From NCBI GenBank assembly GCA_029258835.1, contig JAPDJY010000030.1, positions 32,001 through 96,000 on the forward strand: DNA of 64,000 nucleotides, written 5' to 3'. This stretch comes from Thermoproteota archaeon. Lineage in GTDB: Archaea; Asgardarchaeota; Jordiarchaeia; Jordiarchaeales; Freyrarchaeaceae. The stretch's first letter is position 1. Every line of letters begins with the position of its first letter. The notes under the pieces are model-generated. The model did no database searches, was not told the origin of the DNA, and was given only the letters and a program-made list of their open reading frames with translations. The translations under genes and the position numbers were made by a program. Of this stretch, positions 39,129 to 48,497 are shown in pieces.

Positions 39129-40658
39129 ATGGATACTTTTCCCTGGTGGACTGATGAGCAGAAGGCATACCAAGATGAGCTATGTGAGTATGTGAATAAA
39201 CTTATGCCTAGGGCTGAGGAGGCATACTGGGAACGCCGCTTCCCATGGGACATCGTGAAGGAGGTTGGTGAGAAAGGCTACTTCGGCGCCGGCGTCCCCA
39301 AGGAGTATGGCGGAATGGGCCTCGGCGTCACCGGGTGCTGCATAACGGCTGAGCAATTAGGCAGACTCTACTGCATAGGACACATATTCGTGGTTTCCCA
39401 TATAGGAGGATACCACCAGATCCTACATCACGGAACGGAGGAACAAAAGAAGAAATGGCTTTCACAACTCGCTAAGGGCGTCATAGGAGCCGTCTGCATA
39501 ACTGAACCGTATTATGGCTCGGACGCTGCCGGGATCGAGACCGTGGCTGTGCGCGACGGAGACGAGTACATTTTAAATGGTAAGAAAAGGTTTATTACGG
39601 GAGGCGGCGTCGCCGATAGATACATAGTGTACGCTAGAACGAGCGATGATCCCGAGGATAGAAGGCGCTACAGGCATCTCTCAGCCTTCGTCGTCGAGAA
39701 GGGCATGGACGGCTTCACCCTTGAAAAAATAAACGAACTCATAGGCTTCGAGAACGTCCCTAACGCCTATCTAGACTTTGACAATGTGCGCGTTCCAGTG
39801 GAGAACAGGATAGGCAATGAAGGAGACGGCTGGGCGATCATGATGGGCGGCTTAAACTTCGAGAGGACAATAGCAGCCGCCGTCACCTTAGGAGGGATGA
39901 TTGAAGGTTTAAGATGCGTCTACAACTACGTTCAGAGAAGAGTTCAGTTCAGGATGAGGACAACAGACTTCGTAAATAACCAGTTTGCCATAGCAGACAT
40001 GATCGCCGACTACAAGCTAGCTCGGCTAATGACCTACTACGCGGCTTATGCCATGGACATCGGAATGAACATACCGGTTGAAGCATCGATAGCGAAAATG
40101 TTTGCAACGGATGCCTCCCTCAGGATGGGGGTAAACGGCGTCCAGATAGTCGGTGGAGACGGGCTAACCAAATTTTACCCGATTGAAAGAATGGTAAGGG
40201 AATCAAAAATAGGGCAAATAGTCGCTGGCACGAACGAGATAATGAAGGTAATCATCTACAGAATGGGGCCACTAGCAATGTACGAGGACCTGAAGTATCC
40301 ATGGCGCTACACTCTGCATCCACGCCTCCAGGTACCAATGCCAACCTTTGAGAAATCCGAGTTCGCTGGGAAAGAACCAAACGAGGAAAACATGCTCAAG
40401 CTATTCGCACTAAACTACAGGGTCAATCCTGGACTCCACATGACAATAGAAGACATCGCAAACGAGTTCGAAGCACCACAAGAAAAAGTGCTGGAAACGC
40501 TTCAAGCCATGGAAAGCAAGGGCCTCGCCTCCCTTTACAGAGACAGGAAAGGTAGAATACTCCTAGCAAGACCAACCTATGAAGGGTTAAAGCAGGCAGC
40601 ACCCAAGGAATACTACAAATGGTTCCCCTCATGGTACAGAGATGAAGATAAGTTCTAA
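39129..40658 (+). CDS. Acyl-CoA dehydrogenase with C-terminal winged-helix-like extension
   Basis: ITEP..GSD, NG.K.FITG, R.QF, GG.G, I..GTNEI; about 120 extra C-terminal residues. Confidence 0.9.
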   Translation: MDTFPWWTDEQKAYQDELCEYVNKLMPRAEEAYWERRFPWDIVKEVGEKGYFGAGVPKEYGGMGLGVTGCCITAEQLGRLYCIGHIFVVSHIGGYHQILHHGTEEQKKKWLSQLAKGVIGAVCITEPYYGSDAAGIETVAVRDGDEYILNGKKRFITGGGVADRYIVYARTSDDPEDRRRYRHLSAFVVEKGMDGFTLEKINELIGFENVPNAYLDFDNVRVPVENRIGNEGDGWAIMMGGLNFERTIAAAVTLGGMIEGLRCVYNYVQRRVQFRMRTTDFVNNQFAIADMIADYKLARLMTYYAAYAMDIGMNIPVEASIAKMFATDASLRMGVNGVQIVGGDGLTKFYPIERMVRESKIGQIVAGTNEIMKVIIYRMGPLAMYEDLKYPWRYTLHPRLQVPMPTFEKSEFAGKEPNEENMLKLFALNYRVNPGLHMTIEDIANEFEAPQEKVLETLQAMESKGLASLYRDRKGRILLARPTYEGLKQAAPKEYYKWFPSWYRDEDKF

Positions 40659-40711
40659 GCCCCTTACTCTTTATTTTAACTTTTAACTATTCCTTCAAAC
40701 CTGAAAAGGGC

Positions 40712-41524
40712 TTGTTGATGCTTCCTTCCAAGATTATCCGCTTCACAAATTCCTTTGTAAACTCATATCCTTCTATCCGTCACACCGTAACTACGTGGAG
40801 AAGCCCATTAATCGGCTTTGCTAGTGCAAGCGATCCCCTCTTTGAAAGGCTACCATACGTAGTAAAGGGTCATCTTCACCCATCAGACCTCATCGACGAC
40901 GCTGAAACAGTAATTGCTTTCTTCATACCCTTTACATATAAGACTGTTTACTCTAACGTTAATGGGCGCTACGCATCAAAACTATGGGCTATAGCTTATG
41001 TTGAGACAAACAAGCTTCTCACGGACTTAGCAGCTGGAATAGTAGACCTCCTTAGAAGTGAAGGGTTCAGAGCTGAGGCTCCACCCCCAACTCACGTTTT
41101 CAACGAGGAAACCTTAACCAGTAACTGGTCTCATAAGCATGTAGCCTACATTGCTGGACTAGGAACGTTCGGAGTCCACCACATGATAATTACAGAGAAA
41201 GGGTGCTGTGGACGGCTGACAAGCATCGTAACAAACGCAAAAATAAAGCCAACTCCAAGGCCAGAAAACGAATTTTGCCTCCATAAGTCAGGGGTGAAGT
41301 GCCTAAAATGCGTAGAGAAATGCATCTTCAAAGCGTTAACAGAAAACAAACTTAACAAGCATAAGTGCTACAAAGTATGTCTTGAAAACGCGAAGCACTA
41401 TGAGAAGCTAGGAGTCGCTGACGTGTGCGGAAAATGCGTAGCAGCAACACCATGCAGCCTAGAAAACCCGGTTAAAAACCGAAATAAACCCTTCCCTCGT
41501 AAACGTGTAAGCATAAAAAGTTAA
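40712..41524 (+). CDS. Epoxyqueuosine-reductase-like 4Fe-4S/cobalamin protein
   Basis: WSHKH.AY.AGLG.FG, C..C..C...C and C..C...CGKC clusters. Confidence 0.75.
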   Translation: MLMLPSKIIRFTNSFVNSYPSIRHTVTTWRSPLIGFASASDPLFERLPYVVKGHLHPSDLIDDAETVIAFFIPFTYKTVYSNVNGRYASKLWAIAYVETNKLLTDLAAGIVDLLRSEGFRAEAPPPTHVFNEETLTSNWSHKHVAYIAGLGTFGVHHMIITEKGCCGRLTSIVTNAKIKPTPRPENEFCLHKSGVKCLKCVEKCIFKALTENKLNKHKCYKVCLENAKHYEKLGVADVCGKCVAATPCSLENPVKNRNKPFPRKRVSIKS

Positions 41525-41534
41525 AGCTTTCAGC

Positions 41535-42440
41535 TTGAAAAGTATCTTTAAAATCAGAAAGGCGGCGGAAAAATTGCTGAAGTTTATAGACGCCCATATA
41601 CACCTTCTTCCTAAGAAAATGCTCAGCAACCAAGTTTTAACACTCATGAAAAGTTTCTTCCAAGTTGACCCCAACTTTTACCTTCAAATCTCTCAAAGCC
41701 CCGACAACCTGATAAAATACTTAGATCAACACAACGTAGAGGCTGTAGCAATAATGTCGTATCCAGCCCCAGACGTCATGGGGTGGGGAGACGAGCTAGT
41801 CGACTCAGTGGCAGAATACACGAAGCACCACCCAGACAGGCTCTTATTCTTCTGCTCGGTGCACCCCCGCCTCGAAGAAAAACCGGTGGAAAGGCTGGAA
41901 CACCTCTACAGCAAGTACGAGGTAAAAGGGATAAAGCTCCACCCAGTACACCAGCTGTTCAAGCCAAACGCTTACCGCCCAGAAGAGCAAAACATGAAAA
42001 CACTAGACCAAATATACCAGTTCGCAGTCGACCACAACCTCCCAGTGCTTTTCCACACAGGAACAAGCATATTCCCAAAAGCACGAAACAAGTACGGAGA
42101 CCCACTCTTCCTAGACGACGTAGCAACAGACTACCCAAAAATGAAGATAATCATGAGCCATGGAGGACGCCCCATCTGGATGAAAACAGCAACATTCCTC
42201 CTAAGAAGACACCCAAACATAATCCTAGACATCTCAAGCATACCACCCCAAAAAATAACACATTACTTCCCCAACATAGAAAAACTAGCCGACAAAGCAA
42301 TATTCGGCTCAGACTGGCCCGGACCAGGAGTATCCACAATACACGGCAACATACAACAACTCCTAAACACCAACCTCACCCAACCAGCAAAAAAGAAGAT
42401 ACTCTACGAAAACGCAGCAAAACTCCTCCTAAAAACCTAA
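41535..42440 (+). CDS. Amidohydrolase_2-family metal hydrolase (true start probably about 13 codons downstream)
   Basis: DAHIH, GIKLHP, FHTG, SHGG.P, FGSDWP. Confidence 0.9.
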   Translation: MKSIFKIRKAAEKLLKFIDAHIHLLPKKMLSNQVLTLMKSFFQVDPNFYLQISQSPDNLIKYLDQHNVEAVAIMSYPAPDVMGWGDELVDSVAEYTKHHPDRLLFFCSVHPRLEEKPVERLEHLYSKYEVKGIKLHPVHQLFKPNAYRPEEQNMKTLDQIYQFAVDHNLPVLFHTGTSIFPKARNKYGDPLFLDDVATDYPKMKIIMSHGGRPIWMKTATFLLRRHPNIILDISSIPPQKITHYFPNIEKLADKAIFGSDWPGPGVSTIHGNIQQLLNTNLTQPAKKKILYENAAKLLLKT

Positions 42441-42656
42441 GAGAAAACACCCTCAAAAACTCAGCACACACCCCTCAACACCAGCAACCTCCAGCCTAAT
42501 CATCCCATTCAACCAAAACATTCCATCAAAACACAATAAGCAGCCAAAGAAGACAACGAAAACCCAACCAAGAAACCGCCATGTTGGTAAGATTTTTAAA
42601 TGTTTATTCCAAATGGTGAACCTGAAGCTCAACCCTACCACATACCATGTGAGCGT

Positions 42657-42734
42657 AGCGGGGTGGGGTAGTCAGGAGATCCCGCGGGGCTCATAACCCC
42701 GAGATCGGTGGTTCAAATCCACCCCCCGCTACCA
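42657..42734 (+). tRNA. Initiator tRNA-Met(CAU), CCA encoded
   Basis: A1-U72, GGG/CCC anticodon stem around CTCATAA, GGTTCAAATCC, ACCA end. Confidence 0.97.
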
Positions 42735-42758
42735 ACAGCTCCTTCTCCCGCAAAAAGA

Positions 42759-42812
42759 GGGCTGTCGGTGGGTTCGAACCCGCAGCCAGCGGGTTACAAC
42801 TGCGGGGTTCAC
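42759..42812. pseudogene. Degenerate tRNA-like fragment
   Basis: Minus strand TTGTAA-CCCGC-TGGCT-GCGGG-TTCGAA-CCC resembles an anticodon-variable-T-arm segment; no D arm or acceptor stem. Confidence 0.35.
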
Positions 42813-43206
42813 GCTTGGTAGGTTTTTATGGGTGGATGTGGTTTTGGTCTGTCAGGTGTTTCCCCGTCATCGAAGCATAAGCCTCTGATGGGGCTTTCGG
42901 GGTAACCCCGGAGCCACGCGTCCGAAGACTCCACCCATAAGCCACCCCGTGGCCAAACCAGCACCCCAAACACTCACCGAGTATTTAACTGCTTCGCAAG
43001 GCGCATCACGCATCCGTTGCTCCACCGCTAAGTTACGCCGGCATTTTAACGTTTTAATGTTTCAGCTACACTGTCCTCCGCCATGACGACTAATTTCAGC
43101 AGCCATAACAGTATTTGTATTATTGCGTCCCAGACTGGCCTGTTACCTCTCCTTTTCGCCCCGCCCTCCAACCTTAGTGTGTCTCAAGGGCTTTAAGGAG
43201 CTGCCA

Positions 43207-43396
43207 AGGGCTGCCCGCCAACTCTTTTCACGGCTTCTAGGATGCGGAAGAATTGGTAAAATTAGTGAGAACGGTGGTAGCGGGGGGTGGATTTGAACCA
43301 CCGATCCACCCATCCCAACAAACGATTACACACAAATCTTACCAACCCTCCACGTCCTAGAAGCCGCGAAAAAGGTTGGTAAGACGTGGCAGCCCT
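43207..43396. repeat. Imperfect inverted repeats of about 55-60 bp (43207-43263 / 43334-43396) flanking the att-like core
   Basis: ccaactcttttcacggcttctaggatgcggaagaattggtaaaatt versus reverse complement ccaacctttttcgcggcttctaggacgtggagggttggtaagattt; shared agggctgcc outside. Confidence 0.8.
43275..43306 (-). repeat. Perfect 32-bp inverted copy of tRNA-iMet 3' end (att-core-like)
   Basis: Reverse complement GATCGGTGGTTCAAATCCACCCCCCGCTACCA is identical to 42703-42734. Confidence 0.95.
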
Positions 43397-43472
43397 CCCT
43401 CTGCAAGCGGCTCCGAGGCTCCTGCTACAGCCCCTGAGGAGCCCTGAGGCTCCGAGCAGGGCTTCCCGGCGG

Positions 43473-43991
43473 TCAGCGTTTCCTCCCCTTGCAGCCCGTG
43501 GATGCGGCTGCCTCCCGGCTGCTGCCTGCAGGAGCAGCGTCCGCGGACGCCGCAGGGCCAGCCAGCCCCCCCTCCCTGACCAGCTCAACCAGCTCCCCCA
43601 ACCTCCTATCCAAACGCTCCAAAACCTCCAGACGCTCCAGGGCCTCCAGCTTCCGGTCCATGCTGTCCAGCTTCTTCAGCTGTTTTAGTTGCTTCAGCTG
43701 TTTGTCCATTTTTTCTAGCTGCTGGGTCATTCTGGCCGTGTGTCTTGCTGTGGCTACTTCTGCTCCTGCCTCTATTGCTCCTGCTGCGGCGTCCACTCCT
43801 GCCGCCGCGGCCCCCAGGGGGCTGGGGGACGCTGCACCCTTCAGGAGGCCTCCGGCAGCCCTGAGCAGGCCCGCCGCAGCCCCCAGGACACCCGGCCTGC
43901 CAAGAAGCCCACCCCTGCCCTTACCCCTCTTCCTGCTTTCAGCCTTCCTCCTGCCTCCGGGCTTCTTCCTGGATTTTGGCAACGTGGACAC
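43473..43991 (-). CDS. Orphan GC-rich protein (basic N-terminus, Gly/Ala region, coiled coil), probably from a mobile element
   Basis: 172-aa ORF with atypical GC content and heptad LEKMDKQLKQL...LERL. Confidence 0.55.
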   Translation of the reverse strand: MSTLPKSRKKPGGRRKAESRKRGKGRGGLLGRPGVLGAAAGLLRAAGGLLKGAASPSPLGAAAAGVDAAAGAIEAGAEVATARHTARMTQQLEKMDKQLKQLKQLKKLDSMDRKLEALERLEVLERLDRRLGELVELVREGGLAGPAASADAAPAGSSREAAASTGCKGRKR

Positions 43992-44298
43992 CGTTTAACA
44001 CTTTGCAGCCGCGGAATATAACTGTACTGTTTGTTGTGGTTGAGGTTGGTGGTTTAAACTATTTGTGTTACTGATGGCTTTTTCTTATCTTCTTAGGGGC
44101 TGGGATCAGATTGAGGGTTATGGTGTTAAACTGGGTTGTTTCTTTGCTTGTATTAGGGGTGTTGTGTTTGGCTTTCTGGGTGTGGGGGTCGTCATTGTTA
44201 ATGTTTTTGTTTGGGTTTGAGAGGTTTTGTTGGTTTTCATCTGTTTGTTTGTCGTTGTGTTTCTCCGTTGTTGTCGTTAAGTTTATTTTTTTGTCTTT

Positions 44299-45543
44299 TT
44301 GATTGGTTGTGGGGGTGTCTGCTTGTTTAGGGAGCGTATTGGTTATTATGGTATTCTCTTGTTTGGTCTTGTTAGTCTTTTTGCGGATGTTGTGTATGAA
44401 GGTGCGAGGAGTGTTATTCCTGACTTTTTGAAGGTTCTTGGTGCTTCGGCTACGGTTGTGGGTTTTGTTATTGGTTTGGGGGAGTTTGTCGGGTATGTTG
44501 TTAGGCTTCCTAGTGGCTTCTTGGCTGATGCGAGTGGTAAGTACTGGCGTTTCATTTTCTTCGGGTATTGCTTGACGCTTTTTTCTGTTCCGGCTCTTGC
44601 CTTGGTTGGACGCTGGGAGCTTGCCGCGTTGCTAATCTTTGTTGAGCGGTTTGGAAAAGCCTTTAGAACTCCCTCTAGGGATGCGGCTCTGTCGATTGTT
44701 ACGCGTGATGTTGGTGCTGGTAAAGCCTTTGGCCTCCATGAGCTTATGGATCAGGTGGGGGCGGTTGCAGGGCCCTTAATTGTCTCTATGGCGCTGGCTT
44801 TCTCGCTTGGTAGCATGCACTTTTCCTTCTCCGTTCTTATACTTCCTGCTCTAGCTTCTCTGGCCTTCCTCTACCTGGCGTATGTTAAGCTTCGCGGTTA
44901 CGTTGGTGGTGAGCCACGGCCGAGAAAAGCTAGGATATCGGTTAAGAATCTTGATAGGCGATTTTGGATTTATAATGTTGCAGCCGTGTTGAGCGTAACC
45001 GGGTTCCTGCACTATAGCCTTATAGCCTACAGGATGGCTGGCTTAACTCCTTCATGGGTCATACCCGTTGTCTTCGCTGCGGCTATGGGTGTGGATGCGG
45101 TGGCTGCCGTGGCGCTGGGCTTCGCCTACGACCGCTTCGGATTAAAGGTTTTCTGGTTCATTCTGGCCGTCTCGGCGCTACCTGCCATTTTAGCGATTAA
45201 AGCAGATGTTCTTCTCCTGTCGGTTGCCATCCTGCTTTTCGGCGTTGGTATGGGGGCTCAGGAGTCTGTTTATAGGTCTGCGGTAGCCGACCTGTCTCCG
45301 CTGGAAATGCGTGGGACAGCCTATGGCTTCTTTAACACGTTCTATGGTTTAGCTTGGCTGATAGGCGGCTTCACCATGGGGTTCATGTACGACTTGAGTG
45401 CGGCTGTCGGCCCCCTCCTCGTAGCCGCATTTTCAATCGCATGCCAGTTGTCGGCAGCCATCCTGTTGGCACTCCTCCTAGTATCTCTAAGGAGAAGCGG
45501 CGTAGAGGAGGGTGTGAAGAGCAGTGCCTCCCCCTCAGCCTAA
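44299..45543 (+). CDS. MFS transporter
   Basis: VSLFADVVYEGARS, G.LAD..G, ERFGKA.R.P.RD, about 12 TM, RGTAYG. Confidence 0.93.
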   Translation: MIGCGGVCLFRERIGYYGILLFGLVSLFADVVYEGARSVIPDFLKVLGASATVVGFVIGLGEFVGYVVRLPSGFLADASGKYWRFIFFGYCLTLFSVPALALVGRWELAALLIFVERFGKAFRTPSRDAALSIVTRDVGAGKAFGLHELMDQVGAVAGPLIVSMALAFSLGSMHFSFSVLILPALASLAFLYLAYVKLRGYVGGEPRPRKARISVKNLDRRFWIYNVAAVLSVTGFLHYSLIAYRMAGLTPSWVIPVVFAAAMGVDAVAAVALGFAYDRFGLKVFWFILAVSALPAILAIKADVLLLSVAILLFGVGMGAQESVYRSAVADLSPLEMRGTAYGFFNTFYGLAWLIGGFTMGFMYDLSAAVGPLLVAAFSIACQLSAAILLALLLVSLRRSGVEEGVKSSASPSA

Positions 45544-46580
45544 GAAATTTTTTCAGGGAGGTACTTCTCAGTGACATAGGAGAGCCCGTGGGCGCTTAAC
45601 GCCTGCTGCTCCGCTTTCCTTCCGGTTTCCTCGAATTTCCTAAGTTGCTCCCTCCAGAAAGGTGACTGGTATCGTGGATCCGCCGTCAGCTCTCCCAGTC
45701 GCTTCCAGTCCTTCTCGTTAAACTTTTCTGAGGGAAGCCTGTACTCTTCTATGTCTGCAGGTAGTATCCCTATCCACCTGGCGCCGGGTATGGCGACATC
45801 GTCTATGTGGGCTGCGTTGGCTGATCCGCTGATCACCACCATAGCAATGTGCGCCCCCCACGGGTCTCCATCAGTGAAAATGTACACTGGAAGGTTTAGC
45901 TCCCTGTTTAGCCTGTAAGCGAATTGCCTAGCCGAGCGGGGGGCCTGCCCGGCGGTGTGTATTAGTATCGCCTTAAACTTCTCGTGTGCCTTCTCCTCGA
46001 TTAGCCGCGTAAACATTCCCCCACTCTCCACCATGACCACCTTCTCAGCCCCGCAGTCTTCGAAGGTGGCATTCGTCAGGGCTGGCCCTATCGCCACGCC
46101 GTCGGGGCTGGCTGTTAGCTTCAGCGTGTGCTCCTCGTATCCAGGCATGTTATACCTTATGGTTAGATCCCCGTACACGGTAGCCCTTTCCTCGGGAAAT
46201 ATTCCGAGTTTCTCTCTTGGAACCCCGAGTAGTGCTTCGAGGTCTGCGACTATGCTGTCCGACTCCTGCTGATCCTTAAATTTAACCTTGTAAGACTCAG
46301 CTAGGTAGTATATGTCCCTAAGTGTGGCTGTTTTTCCTTCTTCTACTAGGCGCTTAGCAATCCATGCCACCCAGACGGTTTGGGTGAACGAGCGTAGATG
46401 TTTCAAGTTGGAGGTGCTCCTTCTAATCTTCGTTTCTCCAAGAGTAAACCTTCCCCTCTCGGGGTCGTAAACGATGTTGTTGGTGGTTCTGCTTGGCAGA
46501 TCGAGGAAGGGGTACTCACCCCTTTCTATCTGAGTGCAGATCTCCTCACCTAACTTCTTCAGCTTCTCAACTACCTCCAT
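45540..46580 (-). CDS. top6A: DNA topoisomerase VI subunit A
   Basis: TLRDIYY catalytic Tyr, F.DQ.ESD, E.GGMF, TDGDPWG Toprim, KAEQQ. Confidence 0.95.
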   Translation of the reverse strand: MEVVEKLKKLGEEICTQIERGEYPFLDLPSRTTNNIVYDPERGRFTLGETKIRRSTSNLKHLRSFTQTVWVAWIAKRLVEEGKTATLRDIYYLAESYKVKFKDQQESDSIVADLEALLGVPREKLGIFPEERATVYGDLTIRYNMPGYEEHTLKLTASPDGVAIGPALTNATFEDCGAEKVVMVESGGMFTRLIEEKAHEKFKAILIHTAGQAPRSARQFAYRLNRELNLPVYIFTDGDPWGAHIAMVVISGSANAAHIDDVAIPGARWIGILPADIEEYRLPSEKFNEKDWKRLGELTADPRYQSPFWREQLRKFEETGRKAEQQALSAHGLSYVTEKYLPEKIS

Positions 46581-48061
46581 GCCCCTCCCTCCTCTATCAG
46601 GTCAGCTACGCTTGGAGGTTTATCCCTTCCAGCCAACTCCGCAGCTAACCTTGCTATTTCAGGAAGATACCTCCTGTAGGCTTTCATCCTCCTCCCGTGT
46701 TCTTCAACCTCAATCTTGCCTGTGAGGAACGTTTTAAGCCTTCGGCAGCACTCCCTCAGTCCCATTTCTATCTCTCTTTCAACCTCTGGAGGGTCTGCGA
46801 CGCACTCCTTGCCAGCCGTCTTAAACGGAACCCTAGTTGAGCATATGTGAGTGAAAACAGCTATTGCAGCTGGGCGGCTTACGTAGCTGCTCCAGTTAAA
46901 CCTCTTAACCACCTTCATCGAAACGTCGCTATATGCGTCGTAAACCAGTGGTATCTTGTTGGCGAACCTGTAAAGCGACACCCCGTTCCCTGCTTCAACA
47001 TTCTTGCATCCGTAAGCGACTGCTACCTCAACTATGAAGGGATGCCCACGGTAAACCGACGGCGGCCTCTGGCAGACGTAGAGAAAGTCGGGATCAAACA
47101 TCTTCCTGATAGCAGCCTCTAGGGCATCCCTCCCTATGGGTGAAAGGCACTTTGCGTCCGGCGGAGGAAACTTGTAATTTCTCATTGCGTCTAGGAGGTC
47201 TAGGATATCCCTGTCGGAAAGGCTTGAAACAGGCTGGTAAGGGCTAAACCCTGCTTCCTCTAGGAACCTTTTCGCTGTGGCCAATCCAACTCTCTGAAAA
47301 CTCTTAACCATGAAGGAAAGCAGGCTTTTCGACCCATGCCTCCTAACCAGCCTCCTAAGCATTTCCACGTCTAACCCGTGAGGGTGGGGAAGAACTTCGA
47401 CTGGAGGGATAGGAGCCTCCTCTACGCTTCTCCCGAACACACGCTGTCGACCTGCCGGGTCTATGAACTCCACCTCTGCGTGGGGTGATGCTATAACGGT
47501 CTGCTGAAGGTACTGGATTATCTTCCCCTCAGCCTTCGGATAGTCCCCTTTAAAGAACATTTCAACGAATGTTCCATGCCACCCGTTAACGTTCTTCCTC
47601 CTCTTCCTCCCCTCAACCAATGGCTCATTCCTTTCAACGTCTATTCTAAGTTTGAACTCGAATATGTCCCCTCCATCACTTACGGCTACCCTAGCAGGCA
47701 TGCCAGAAGTCACCTGACCGTAAAGCAAGGCCATAGCCCCTCCGAGACCGAAAACCCCTCTGCTCTGCTTAAGGCGAAACTTTGACCCGTAAAGAAACTT
47801 CCCGAAAGCGTAGGGGACCTCCTCCACAGGGACCCCGAAGCCGTTATCCTTAACGGTAAGCCGGTAAACTTTGCCCTCAACCGTGCTTAGGGAAACCTTA
47901 ACGTTTGGAAGCACTCCAGCCTCTTCGCAAGCATCTAAGCTGTTCTCTAAAACCTCACGGATAACCATGTATGTTGCCCGGGAAGGGCTAGAGAAGCCAG
48001 CTAACTCCCTGTTCCTATAGAAGAAGTCGGAGACACTTATCTCTTCAAAAATGGCTTGCAT
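46571..48061 (-). CDS. top6B: DNA topoisomerase VI subunit B
   Basis: FF.RN..AGF, E..ENSLDA, DNG.G, QSRG..GLG, PHP.G, RFANKIP. Confidence 0.95.
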   Translation of the reverse strand: MQAIFEEISVSDFFYRNRELAGFSSPSRATYMVIREVLENSLDACEEAGVLPNVKVSLSTVEGKVYRLTVKDNGFGVPVEEVPYAFGKFLYGSKFRLKQSRGVFGLGGAMALLYGQVTSGMPARVAVSDGGDIFEFKLRIDVERNEPLVEGRKRRKNVNGWHGTFVEMFFKGDYPKAEGKIIQYLQQTVIASPHAEVEFIDPAGRQRVFGRSVEEAPIPPVEVLPHPHGLDVEMLRRLVRRHGSKSLLSFMVKSFQRVGLATAKRFLEEAGFSPYQPVSSLSDRDILDLLDAMRNYKFPPPDAKCLSPIGRDALEAAIRKMFDPDFLYVCQRPPSVYRGHPFIVEVAVAYGCKNVEAGNGVSLYRFANKIPLVYDAYSDVSMKVVKRFNWSSYVSRPAAIAVFTHICSTRVPFKTAGKECVADPPEVEREIEMGLRECCRRLKTFLTGKIEVEEHGRRMKAYRRYLPEIARLAAELAGRDKPPSVADLIEEGGAWR

Positions 48062-48497
48062 GCCCTAAAACAATCCTCCCTCATTTTTAACGTCTAGTAA
48101 TATCACGAAATTACCGTCGCCAGCCATCTGATGCCTCACCGGATACTTAACGGTTAAACGTTCACTGCAGGGTTAGTAACGGCACCCGGCACTATTCCTC
48201 TTAAGCGACCCCTTAGCTTGCTAGCGTTAACCCTCATCCCCTTCTGGACGCATCGATCAGGCTTAGATGCCATAATAAAATTGCATTAGAGCCACCGCGT
48301 TTTTCCTAGGTGGAAATCCTCCACTAAACGCTTCAAATTACAGTTCAAGTTTGACTTTTGTCCGTCTTAGCTGGAGCAGGAGGGCTTCTTGCCGAGGTCT
48401 TGAAGCCTTGTAGCCTTCTACTATTCAAAAGAAACTTATAAGGTTATTTTCTGAAACGTTTAGGGGGTTCCCTCACGTGGTTTAAGGAGGATAAAGA

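Noticed and set aside
41783-42499. 238-aa alternative plus-frame ORF
   Set aside because: Arises from T-poor composition (few stop codons) within the amidohydrolase gene; low-complexity product
44111-44302. Hydrophobic 63-aa ORF
   Set aside because: Explained by extreme G/T skew encoding V/L/F/C
48300-48320. TTTCCTAGGTGGAAAT as a possible ORB box
   Set aside because: Single imperfect copy, no G-string and no cdc6/orc1 nearby
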